Positions 38,140-49,740 of a stretch of DNA of 64,000 nucleotides are shown piece after piece. The stretch's first letter is position 1, and each line of letters starts with the position of its first letter. A model generated the notes under the pieces. That model was not told the DNA's origin and made no database searches. It saw only the letters and a list, made by a program, of their open reading frames with translations. Source of the DNA: Camelus dromedarius (taxonomy: Eukaryota); contig NC_087436.1 in NCBI RefSeq assembly GCF_036321535.1, positions 100,070,001 through 100,134,000 of the forward strand. The letters run 5' to 3'. The translations under genes and the position numbers were made by a program.

Positions 38140-39250
38140 GGGGAATCTCTCATCATCCTCACACCCAATCTACCAATTTACCTTCATCTACATGCATATC
38201 CTCTGCTTTCAGCTCTGTTACTACAGATTCGTGCCCTGTTCTGGTCAACAACATCTGTTTTGCCTGAGCGCGGGATCACGTCTATTTTTGCCTTCTCAAC
38301 TGATGCCCTCCGATTATTCTCTCTCATGCATTCTTGATTTCTTCCCTTCCATGCCATAATTTCCATCAGCGTACAAATATCTCCTAGAATCTCCAATTAA
38401 GATAAAAATATCTTCTGGTCTTACATTTCCCTTCAGCTATGACCCTATTTTTTCCATTCCACTTTGTAGCTAAAATTACTTAAATAGTTGTCCATAATCA
38501 GCATCCTCATTTCCCATATTCGATTTATGATTTATTCCAAAACTCTTCCACTGATGGCACTCCATTTAAACTGTCATGACAGTGAACCTCACCTTCATCC
38601 TTTAAGTACTTCCTTCTCTTGACTTCCTGACTCCTTATTCTCCTGTTTCTCTTTCTCTCTCATCAGCCACACTTAATACCTATTTTTGGTACTTATTCAT
38701 CTGCTCAGCTCTGAATATTACTATTTCGTCTTGGCTCAGTCTTGAACCTTCTATTTACCTCTATTTATGCATTTCCCTGAGTGAGTCTATCCAGTTGCCT
38801 AACGTTAAATGCTATCCATATGCTGATTCCTCAGACTGTATCTCCAACCCCAGTTTTTCCAGAAAAATACAAATGCAGAAATACTACTTCTCTGATATTG
38901 CAATTTTAAACCCCCGTTCAGAAGCTTAAAGGTAACTTGGCCATAGCAGAAATATTGATAATTCTCTTTACATTTGCTCTTACCAGGTCTTCCAGACTCA
39001 TAAATTGGCTTCATACAAGCCAAACATCTTGGAGTTACGCTTGAACCATCTGATTTCCTCACATCAGTCTCTTTCTAACTATGCCATTGGTGATTCTTCT
39101 TAAAGCTACTGTTAGAAGAGATCGACTGCCAGAGGGAAGCTCTCTCTTCTCTCTGCCTTTCTTATCACCTTAGTCTGAGCCATCACCTGTTCTCACCCAA
39201 ACTCTTGCAATTGTTTTCAGTGCTGTGGACTGAATTCTCTTTCTTCCCCT
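38140..39250 (+). mobile_element. L2 LINE fragment
   Basis: Pyrimidine-rich L2 body: ttaaatgctatccatatgctgattcctcagactgtatctcc...caagccaaacatcttggagttacgcttga...caccttagtctgagccatcacc. Confidence 0.7.
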
Positions 39251-39287
39251 CACCCCACCCCCGCCCCCACCACAGTCATATGCTGAC

Positions 39288-40388
39288 TTTCAGGGTAGAG
39301 GAGTTCTGCTCAACTCCCACAGCTTTGATGTCCTCTAACATGGATGTATCCCCAGAGAAAGTCAGGAGGGCTGAGGGTACTAGTCCCACTTTTGGAAGGC
39401 CAGATTCTCCTCTTCCGATATCTTGTGCCCTCCCGAGGCCAGCCGCTGAGCAAGGCCTCCGGGAAGAACCAGCGCAGTACCGACCTGCCTTCCACTCTGC
39501 CACGGCTTAGAAAGTCCCCTGGAGGAGGAGCAGTTGGAGAAGCCAACACGCATCAGTGAGTAGGTGTATTTCGCATCTCTCTCTAGTGCCTCCTTCTGCA
39601 CTCTCCATGCTTGGCCCATCCACGACCTCAGACCTGAGCTTCTGAGCTAGCTTGATCTCCTCTGCAGTAAGTTTGAAGAAGTCAGGCCAGGGGCAAGGGC
39701 GGGAAGACCCCACGCTGTGGGTCAGGTGGCCTGCACTGGCTTGGCGCTCAGCAGCTGCTCCTGGTGCCTCTCCAGGCTCTGGGGCCGGACCCGGGCGACC
39801 TCTCTCAGCACATAGAATTCTTCGGGGGCGCTCCTGACTGGAAGCTGGAAGCATTGCCTTCTGGAAGCCAGTGGCCTCAGAAACCTGTGGTCCCTTCCAG
39901 GCAGTTAATGTGCTGCTGGAAAACCTTGTTCTTCTGGTACTTCTACTCAGGATGCAGAAGGATACTGCCCAGATGCTTGACAATGGTGTCCACACCCAGC
40001 TGCTCCCCATTACATTCACCCTGTTGAATGTGTGAATCTCCATGACAGAAGCAATTACTGGGTGGTTGGAAAAGTGCCAGAGAGAGAATGATCCATCTGA
40101 TGTGGGCATCCCTCTGATCCTTCCTCAGAGCGGCTCCTGCAAGTGGGAAGGTGAAGTTCACTCCAGGCACAGCTATGGGTGGAGCCTTCTCCTTTAGGCT
40201 CAAGCATCTCTTGGTGTTGGGAGCTCCAGGCTCCCACTCAGAGTTGCTTCTGCGGTGAGTTCTTTTCTCACCTGGCTCTGCATGGAGACCTGAGTTGTGG
40301 GGCCCCGGGGCCCTGAGTTGCTTCTGCTCCAGTCCACCAGGGCAGCTGCTGCCATGGTCAGTGCATCATCAGTGGATCCCAGGCTGGA
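39288..40388 (-). pseudogene. UBXN6: Processed pseudogene of UBX domain protein 6 (UBXN6/UBXD1; PUB and UBX domains)
   Basis: Intronless, colinear peptides across shifting frames: MAAAAL; QVRKELTAEATLSGS; AVPGVNFTFPLAGAALRKDQRDAHI; HFSNHPVIASVMEIHTFN; LGVDTIVKHLGSILLHPE; PDFFKLTAEEIKLAQKLRSE; KYTYSLMRV; LLQGTF; ASGGHKISEEENLAF; GLVPSALLTFSGDTSMLEDIKAVG. All match my recollection of UBXN6. Many stops and frameshifts; GC-rich against AT-rich flanks. Confidence 0.93.
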
Positions 40389-40394
40389 GACGAT

Positions 40395-40510
40395 AAAATA
40401 AATGTGTACTAATATATCATTATAGCATCTTTTGTACTTGTGAAAAACTGGAAACAAACAAAAAATTCAGCAAAAATAGAATGGTTAATATGTCACAGTG
40501 CATAAAAGTC
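40395..40510 (+). mobile_element. Old L1M fragment
   Basis: atcattatagcatcttttgtacttgtgaaaaactggaaacaa...aaatagaatggttaata. Confidence 0.55.
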
Positions 40511-40781
40511 ATTAAACCTATGACACAGCTGATCATAAGGTGTAACTTTATTTATTATAACACCAAGGGGAAAAGAAACCTGAGCCAATTACAAAATGCA
40601 ATTAATTATAGGCTATATGTAAACTTCAGAGAAATAAAACACAAAAATATCTGTATCAGAAACAAAACTAGTTTACTGGGGTGTTTTAAAATAACGAACT
40701 GTTTCATATATATTGCAATAGTCCTAAAACAGTTGGATGTGTGCATGCATGTGTGTGTGTGTGTGTGCATATATGTATAAC

Positions 40782-40996
40782 AAGTGGTGTGCTGATAAGA
40801 GTCTGACAACTGGCTTTTCCCCTGCAATGAGCACCTAGCCAAACTCCTATTTATAACATTGGTCAATTTCAAAGTGTAGCTATTCCCACTATGCCTTGTT
40901 TCAAGCCACCAACATGACGTGACTGATGTGGATTTGGAAAAGATGCAGACAATTGGCTTCTGTAAGCCAATGAGAGCCGGCTCCAGCATACTACTG
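40782..40996. mobile_element. MER63-like hAT DNA transposon (MITE)
   Basis: Terminal inverted repeats agtggtgtgctg...cagcatactact; internal tttcaagccaccaacatgacgtgactga and gagccggctccagc. Confidence 0.75.
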
Positions 40997-41765
40997 CATA
41001 TTGTTGTAGGTATAATTCAGAGCCTTTCTCCCTCATTTTCTGTGGACATCTCTAAGTATCTATACGCATATATGTGTATATTTATATACATGTGTCTAAT
41101 TATGTGCATGTATGTTTTTTAGAAAAAGGTCTATATGTGTGGTATGGAATTTGGTACAAATTTGAAGTCACTGTTTTCCTGACGGATCTCTGTTTAACAG
41201 GCACAGCACACTAGCTGATGTCTCCTTTTCATCCATTAAAATATATTGACCATGGTTGCCCAAGGCAGGCTGAAAATCAGTGATTAGTAGGTTACTCTCA
41301 GTTACGGTCATGACCTTCTCCTCCCACACAGAGTTGTGTGCTTAACAGCATTCTATTGTATTGTTCCCAAATCTGTTTAGACTGGTGGCACATTTATTTT
41401 TTATAATTGCCTCATTTACTTAACAATCAGACATGCTTATAAAATGTGAATGAAAAAGAAACACTATTGTTGTTTCTGTAAAAACAAAATTAAGTAATTT
41501 TATATAACCTAACGATGTCAAATTAAAAAAAATATTGCTGTCATTTTGGGAGGAAGCAAAAAGTAAATAAAATTTGGGTATATATGTGTATATATGTGTA
41601 CACATGTATAAAAATCTAAGAAGATTCTGCATTCAAATTATTTTTAAGGGATTCTTAAGTACTCACTCCCGTTACATCAGGTTTGGAAGTCAAAGAACAT
41701 ATGCTTTATTCCAGAAAGTGATGATGATGAGAACACACGAATAATCTCAAAGACCTTGATTGCAT

Positions 41766-42270
41766 GTGGTGGCTTTGTGAAGTGTCAGCATTGCCAGCAT
41801 GTACTCTAGGGGTCCTTTCCCTCATGTTTCTGTTTAGGCCATAAGAGACATTTTTGCACTAGGTATAGAGGACTGAAATAGAGCAGCCGCTTTTTTACGC
41901 TCAGGAGGTCAGGTCAGGGTCATCAGGAACTTTTGTAGCTGACTCACATTGCCAGTCATTTGATGACTTACCTTGTTGGCATGGGGTTGCTGCTGATCCA
42001 GAGCTTCTCCAACTGCTCTTTGATCCTCCTTCAGACTCCTGACTCCTGGGTCAAGTGTGGGGTTAGCTCCAAGATGAAGGATGTCAGCTTCTGTAGAACA
42101 CCCACATCATCGAGGTTAAAGTTAGTGAAAACTGGCATGGCCTCCGATCCTCAGGTGGGCTCCTGCATAGGCTTGTGGGGTTCCTATTGTTCACACTTAC
42201 CTTCCCTTTCCAACAGCCTGTCTTGAAGAAGTCAAGCCCCAGCATTAGACATGAAGACAGCTGGTATACT
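41766..42270 (+). mobile_element. ERVL-class LTR (LTR41/LTR52/LTR33-like)
   Basis: Starts tgtggtggctttgtgaagtgtcagc...ggccataagagacattttt; family assignment from recall. Confidence 0.5.
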
Positions 42271-42559
42271 GTGTTTCAAAATTTGATGTAACAATATATT
42301 TTGAATTAAACTCAATTCATTTACCTATATTCTCACTTTAACTGTTTTTTGTTCTATTTAATTAAAGCCCACTGATCATTATGGTATCAGATAATAGGAC
42401 TTTTATATATGCTCTAATACTCAGTAACGACCATGTCAACTGGGGGAAAAAAGCTTCACTATTACAAAGCTGAAGATTGTACAAATATTTTAAGGAAAAA
42501 AAAACTTTTATAACACCAATTTGGCAGGATATATCTTATCTTCAGTCTTCAAAAAAATG

Positions 42560-43100
42560 TATCTAAAATCTAACACATTTCCACTATTTAGCCTAAAAGG
42601 ATAGGACCTCACCCAAAGGTGTGTGGATTAAGATGTTCATTACATTATCCTCAATTAAAGAACATAGTAACATTTATATTTCTGGTAAAACAGGAAAATT
42701 GTTAAGTGAAGTGGGATAAACCTGTATGATGAAATATTTAGAAATTATTAAAAATATCTAAGCTGTAGGAAAATATCAGTGATACAATTTAAAGGGTTAA
42801 TTTAATATTTTGTGTCAGTACTATAATTGATAATTTAAAGCAAGATATCAAACTGCATTTATAATAACAATTTGTGTATACATGTGCATTTCTGGGTTTA
42901 AGTTTGCAAATGGATAAAAGTTTAAAAGAAAATATTTCATGATATCAAGATACTTTTTCTCTGTGAATGTGGAGATAATAGGTTAATTGTTGTATTTAAA
43001 TTCTTCATTTTGCAATTTTAAAAATTCTCCAATTTTGTATCTCTATTGATTTTTTAATGATAAAATATGTTAAACTATATTTCAAAATAAATATATTAGA
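42560..43100 (+). mobile_element. Old L1ME-like 3' fragment
   Basis: atttccactatttag...aagatgttcattacattat...atgatgaaatatttagaaattattaaaaat. Confidence 0.5.
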
Positions 43101-43466
43101 ATTAGAAAAGATACAGCATAGAGATACTTTTTTTGTTTTTTATAACAAACAACTATCATGTATGACACAAAATTTTTTATTATTATTTCTTTAGGCCCAG
43201 AGAGTATTACAAAATGTGAATATTTTAGCATTTATACAGCCTCATTATTTTTTATACATACATAGAACTATTGTCCTAGAAGTATACTTCTCTGTAAATT
43301 CACAAGGAAAATAAAATATCCTCAATCTATTAATCTACATACTTTTTTTAAAACTCTGGGATTGGTCTTCCTTCCATAGCGTTTTGGCATATCTCTCTAA
43401 TCTCTGATTATCCCTGCCTTAACCCCCTAAAAAATCTATGCCTCATATAATACCACATCACTGAAG

Positions 43467-44122
43467 TGTTGCTGGTACTTGTAACTGGTGTCCAGATTCT
43501 AGTCCCATCCCAGAAAAAATTCAGAAACAAGTTGCAGAGGTTAAGAAAGTAAAGTGAGGATTTATTAAGGGATAGCTAGTATGCTCTCAAGGGGAGAGCG
43601 GGTAGACTCAAGTGAGTGGCTATACTGAGTTTCTTTGGCAGGTTCATTATACAGACTAAAAATGAATGGGCGGAATATCCATTAGGGAGGGAAGGGTTTG
43701 AGGTCTTAGTCCCCGATTTTTAGCCCAACTCCACCTTCCGAGAGGTAGGAGGGATTTTTGTCCTTATTTAGTCTGGATCAGAAGTGTCATGGAGTCAGTG
43801 CATGATGGGTATTTCTAATCTGCAAGGCTAATTTTATTGAAATGAGGGCATAATAAGCAAAAGGTTACATTCGGATACTGGAGATCCCTGTTTTTTCCTA
43901 CCTTTCTTGTTGACCTTCAGGCTGCTTGTCACCCCAAAATGTGTGACTGCTTATCAGCCCCAAGGTTCCTGCTTTTTTCCTCTGCCCAGGGACCCCTGGT
44001 GCTTCATGATGTATGGTTTTCTGTATTTGGCCCGCTCCCCTGCTTTCTGCCCAGTTCCTGCCATTTGGCCTGCATTCCCCTTTCTCTCCTCACATCTAGC
44101 TGTCTGCTTGCCTGCGCTAACA
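43467..44122 (-). mobile_element. ERV1-type solo LTR, family B copy 1
   Basis: TG...CA ends (tgttgctg...ctaaca), gaag on both sides, TTTATT near the left end; colinear with 53519-54169. Confidence 0.88.
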
Positions 44123-44849
44123 GAAGTGTGCTTCCTTTCTTCATAATCATGCACTGGAATGGCTAAGCCATGCACCTGAAACTCTAAACACAGACTTCCA
44201 AATTGCATTTTCCAGTCATATTCTCTTTTTCTTATGTTCTGAATCCAAATAGATCAGATATTAGGTCTCACCATTTTCTCCTAGTCTGCTAAGACCTTTT
44301 GGTTTTATACATTTTCTTATCTACAATAGATCCCACGATTCATGACTTCAATATCTGTTGGCAATATCCAGAAATAGCTTGGCCCCTCTTCTAGAGTCTT
44401 CAACTCAAACTATAGGTCAAGTAAATCATCTTTTCTCTCTGAAACTGCACCTAAATCGTTCATCCTGATGCCCCTATCCTACCCATCCTGCAATACAAAT
44501 ATACTAGTGTTAATTTCTGTCTTGCCATCAGCATTTTCTGATAATTCTTTCTCTTGTCTCTGGTTTGATCATTCCCAAATTCCGTTCGAGTTTAATTTAC
44601 TCAGTGTCAAACCCATGGTTCTATCTTTATCTCCTTTTTTGTCAAGAAAATATAATCAACAAAGTATGTTCTCAAACTACCTCAAAATGAATCATAATCC
44701 ACTTTCCTTTTCATCTCTGGAAAGTAATATCACGTCTCTTAATCAAGATCAGTCTGACCGACAATACTCTTGCTTCTCCTATAAACTCATCGCTACACAA
44801 ATTTGTTTCTAAATGTCCATCTCTCCTTCTCTACCAGTAATTTATTTAT

Positions 44850-46440
44850 TACTCCAAAGCTTAACAATTTAAAACAACACACTTTTACAATCTCAGTTTT
44901 CACGGGTCAGAAACCCAGTGTGACTTAATGAGGTGCCTCTTGCTCAGAGTGTCCCAGAAGATTGAAATCCAGCTGCAGGGGAGCCCTAGTCACCTCAAGG
45001 CGGGACTGAGTGAGGATTGGTTTCCAAGTTCGCTCTGCTTTCCGGGTTCTCGGTTCTGCTCTCAGAGACATTTTTTCCTCTCTTACAAAAAGATGCATTT
45101 GAAGCTGAGTGGTTTTCCCAGCCTACTTTCTCACTGCAGAGGTTTGGGGGGCCCAAATGCCTTTTTCAGTTCAATTGGGTGGTGATGTTTCTGTATATAG
45201 ATAAGTGTTTAAAGGACTTTGTGGGTCTTTTATAAGTCTTCTTGGGGTTCACTTTTTCAGACGATCTCTTAGATAGAAGTCTGTCTCTACTTTTGGCTCC
45301 TGTCGAGAAGGCTGGAGGGCAACCCTCTTAGACTTCACACAGACCCTATTGTTTGATTGAGAGGATCTTTGGAGCACACCCTTAATCTCTTTAAAGGGCC
45401 TTTTATGTGACTACACAGCGCTCTGAGGCACCACCTTTGATCTTTCTGAGATCCTAATAAAAGGTTTTACAGGCACACCTCTAGCTTCAGCTTTATACCA
45501 TATTTTCCTGGTAGTGCCTTGGATTTGATCTTTGCTGGAGCCTTTTTTTTTCTTTTTTTTTTAATTTTAGCACCTAATTTTAGCACTTTTTCTCCCCAAG
45601 CCATCAAGTTCTGGCTTCTTTTTTTAGTAGTCTTCCATCAATTTATTTTTTTCCCCTCTACGTTTTACCCTCGATAACAAGAATAAACCAAGCAGCACCT
45701 TCAACACTGGGCTTTGAAACCTCCTTTGGTAGGTGGTCTAGCTCATCAGACACATGTTCTGATTTCTGCATAACTGCCAATAACATTTAATTTCTTCTGC
45801 TACATAACAATGATTTCCTTTTCTTCAGTTTTCAGGAATATGCTCCTTGCTCATCCACAGGCTCCTCAGCATCCTGAATTCTATGAACAAAGTGTTTGTT
45901 GCCCTTTAAGCCTTCACAGTCACTCCCTCAACGTTCACTGCCTGGTTCCAATGCCAGTTCTCCATAGAGGTTAGGAGAGTATCCAATCTCTAAGAAACAA
46001 AATCTGTATTAATTTTTTATGGCTGTGTAAAAATCACTCTGATCTTACTCTTTAAAAAAAATATTTGTTACTTCATAGTTTCTGTTGATCAGGAATCTGG
46101 GTGCATTTGAGCTGGGTGGTTATGTCTCTGATTTCTCAAGAGTCTACCGTTAAGCTATTGGCTGGGGCTGCAAGTTTCTCAAGAACTCCTGGGCTAGATT
46201 CTGCCTCCAAGCTCAATCACTAGACCAACAGTTTACAGACCAGCAGGTGGGTGGCCATGAAGAGAGAGTCTCTAAAAAGGAAGCCACAGTCTTTTTTTGT
46301 AATATGATCTCATAACTGACATCCTATCCCTTCAACCAAATTCTGTTCATTAAAACCCAGTCCATAAAGCCAGCTCACAGGAGGAGAGCATTACACAAGG
46401 GTGGGGCTCTCTGAGGGCCATTTCACAGATCGCCTACTAT
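44850..46440 (-). mobile_element. MaLR element (MLT1F/G/H-like): partial LTR, internal region, LTR
   Basis: LTR-like ends at ~44850-45035 and ~46005-46440; internal part similar to 19680-19810. Confidence 0.65.
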
Positions 46441-46444
46441 GCCC

Positions 46445-47880
46445 TAACCACTAGCTTATCTCTCTCCTTTAAGACAGAAAGAAGTCTATTCTCCTCCTCA
46501 CCTGCCAATCACTCAATCTTTGGGGATCTGTATTTTGATCTGTTATTTCACAAAAAGTGTTTGCATTGTGAACCAGTAACTCTCCGATTGCCAAATGCAC
46601 TGGCCCTTTTTTAGGCTGTCACTTAGTGAAAGGAGTAATCTTATTAGGATTATCTTCCCTTCCCGTTGCAACAAATTATATGACACTATTCTAATCTCAA
46701 TTATCCCAATTTCCTTTTAGAGACTTTCTTCTTAGCTTCCTTCATTGCTCCTTCTTCTAACTTCTCTTTGAATATTCGAAATCCATTTCCTCTTGCTGTA
46801 CACTTTCTTCAGGAAATTTTAATTTATTCCCATGACTATCTCTTCTGACATTTCTCAAATTTATATTTCCATTATATGCTCTCTACTGTATTCATATTTA
46901 TATTTCTGATTTCTACACCTACCTTGTAACTAATCTACTCTAAGCAGCTCAAATTTAACATGTTCTATATTATATACATGATTTTGCATTACCTAGGAAT
47001 TGTGTTAAATATAGATTTTGATTCAACAGATCGTGAGAAAATCGAAATTGGCACTCCTAACAAACTCCCAAGTGATGCCAAGCTGTCGGGCCTTAGAGCT
47101 CTCTCTGAGAAGGAAGATTCTAAGTTACACTCATGTCTTATCCTCAATAACAGCTTCTCCTTCTGTAGTTCCTGATCACTTAGTGAGAGCATCTTTTGTC
47201 TATATGCCCAACCTGGTATCTGGGAGATTCCATCAGAGTTTTCGTTTACACTTATGCCTTCTCTGACTTGTCACAAAAGCATTTATGTCTAATTTCTAGA
47301 GATTATTTGGGGAGTGGGAGGAGGTCATTAAATTTATTTACTTTTTAGTGGAGGTACTGGGATTCAAACCCAGGACCCTGTGCAGGCTAAGCATGCACTC
47401 TACCACTGAGCTATACCCTCCCCCCTTTCTAGAGATTATTTGAATCTGCTCTCTGTTCTTCATTCACAGTCATTAATAGTAAAACGTCATCTGGATTATT
47501 ACAGAAAACTCCTAATCAGTCACTTGACTTCTCCATCTTGCTGCAAGAATAATTTCCCTATATATTGTAAACCTATATATTGTCACATATATTGTGTATA
47601 TATGTGACTATTCTTTGCATCCAAGATAAATTTCAAAGTCACACTTGGAATATAAGACATTTCATGATCTATGCTTTGTCTACCTCCCAAGTCACTCTTT
47701 CCAAAAATTTACTTGTCATAATCAGTCTTAATTTTCAGAATTTTCCTATGCAATGGTACACTAACCAGAGGTAAATCTCCTGAAAAATGACTGTCAATTC
47801 CACAAGGTCAAGAGCTCTGATAATGTTGGTTCTTTCCTCATATTTTCATTTTTTCTCATATACACTCAATAAATATATAT
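46445..47880 (+). mobile_element. Fragmented L2, interrupted by a MER5-like piece and a SINE
   Basis: ctccgattgccaaatgcactgg...aagcagctcaaatttaacatgt...acactcaataaatat. Confidence 0.5.
47309..47425 (-). mobile_element. tRNA-Ala-derived camelid SINE (vic-1-like)
   Basis: Reverse complement of ggggagggtatagctcagtggtagagtgcatgcttagc...gggtttgaatcccagtacctcca (A and B boxes). Perfect TSD tttctagagattattt (47293-47308 / 47426-47441). Confidence 0.9.
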
Positions 47881-49227
47881 TCCATGAACCCCTGTGGAAT
47901 TAAACTTTTAAGGTAGGGATCTTATACTATTTACAACAAAATATTAAATCTTCAGTGTGTGTAATTATTGATACAGATACAAAAAATATATATGTATTTA
48001 TTTTTTCTCTCTTCTTAATGTCTTTATTTTGATTGTATTATAAGTGTCTTTATTTATTTATTTTTTTCTTTACTTTAGGGATGTATTCTGTTCTGGTGTA
48101 TAATTGTTTGGCCACCTGCTGCAACACTGGCTCACATTATAAAGATATTTGGTCATTAGTCCATTCAGTTATTTCACGCATGAGAATTATCATTTTTAAT
48201 TTGGCAGTGGTGAGCTAACACCCCAGCGTGTGTTCAAAACTGCCACCTCCAAAGAGCAATAAACAGAGTTGACTAAGTTGATTAAGACAATAAAACTATC
48301 AGAACTGCTTCAGGGCTAACAAAAATGCTTACATCAACTCATACTGTTTATAATTGCTGCTATTTTTTTTTCTATTTTTCTTAATGACAATAGTACAAGC
48401 TACTAATTCAGGTTGTAAGTTACAATGTACATAAAATGATAATGTAGTAATAAATTTAAGAAATCACCCATTGAAACTTTAATTATCAAGATATTTCAAT
48501 GTAAAATGCACCATGATAAGATATTGAGCTAAATATATGCAAGTAACAGGCATTCAGTCTTCATATTCAGAATACTACGACTATTAGGAATGAAAATGTA
48601 AATGAACTGAAAATGTAATTGGCAAAAAAAAAATACACAAGTTCTAAAAGTACATTTTGCCTCTTCTCTTCAAAGACATATAAAACTACACTCTCTTTTG
48701 GTAGCATTTCATAGTACAGAGTCAAGTAGGAAGTTTGTGTTATCTAGTAAATGGAGGCTATATAAAGAAACTACTCAGTTCAAGGGGAAAATTGGCATTT
48801 CTCATTATAATTGTGCTTAATAGTAAGATTAGTACAATTTTGGTTGACTATGTTTATTCATTATATTTGCAAATTTCACTTCTTGTTATTTTTATTTCTG
48901 ATAAAGAAAATAATATAGCAATATAAAGTTTAGAAGCTTAATAAGTAAGTATAAAAATTGGATAAAATATTTTGCTCCATATATAACCTAAATATATTAG
49001 GAACTTTTTGTAAACTGAAATAATTGTATAATCAACATAATAGTAACAATATTAAAATTAAAAGAAGCAACCAGTATACAATTTTATGGAAATTTTCAGT
49101 CAAAAAAATCAAAGCATGATAATTTTATTGAATAGACACATGACACAGTTTGCAAAGGAATGAATATTAGAATAATTTGCTTTGCTTTAGTTGGTCTTAA
49201 TTCTAAACCAGTCTCACCACTGACTAT

Positions 49228-49740
49228 GAATTAGAATCACCTGGGAGGTTTTTACTCCCTTTTTTCAGCTTTACTGGGATATAATTGACAAACTGGAATT
49301 GCATATATTTAAGGTACACCTCTTGATGTTTTGATATATGCATACATTGTGAAATGATCACCACAATCAAGCTAATTAACATACCTACCGTACCACATAG
49401 TTACTATTTTATTTCCTTTTCTTGTCGTCATTGTGAGAACACTTAAGACCTATCCCCTTAGCAGATTCAAGTCAATAGCACAGCACTGTTAACTGTAGTT
49501 ACCATGCTGCACATTAGATCCCTAGAACTTATTCTTCCTTGCACAACTGAAACTGCCATTGGACCTGGAAGTATTTTAAATCCATGAATACTTGTTTCAC
49601 TAAGACCAATCAAATCAGAATCTCTGAAGGTAAATCCCAGACATCAATAGAATGTCTATCAGAAGCTTCAGAATATCTTTAGACATCATTAGAAGCAATA
49701 AGATGATTTTAAAAGCTTCCCAGATGACTCTAATGAGAAG
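49228..49740. mobile_element. MER5-like hAT element split by an L1 insertion
   Basis: ttagaatcacctgggag...accaatcaaatcagaatctctg...ttttaaaagcttcccagatgactctaatg. Confidence 0.65.
49260..49556 (-). mobile_element. L1MA9/L1MA10-like 3' end
   Basis: cagctttactgggatataattgacaaa...catacattgtgaaatgatcaccacaatcaagctaattaacata...accatgctgcacattagatccctagaacttattc. Confidence 0.85.

Noticed and set aside
39507..40109. 200-aa ORF and overlapping ORFs as a functional CDS
   Set aside because: It wanders in and out of the UBXN6 frame through frameshifts; the true frame has stops. Opposite-strand ORFs are GC-rich shadows.
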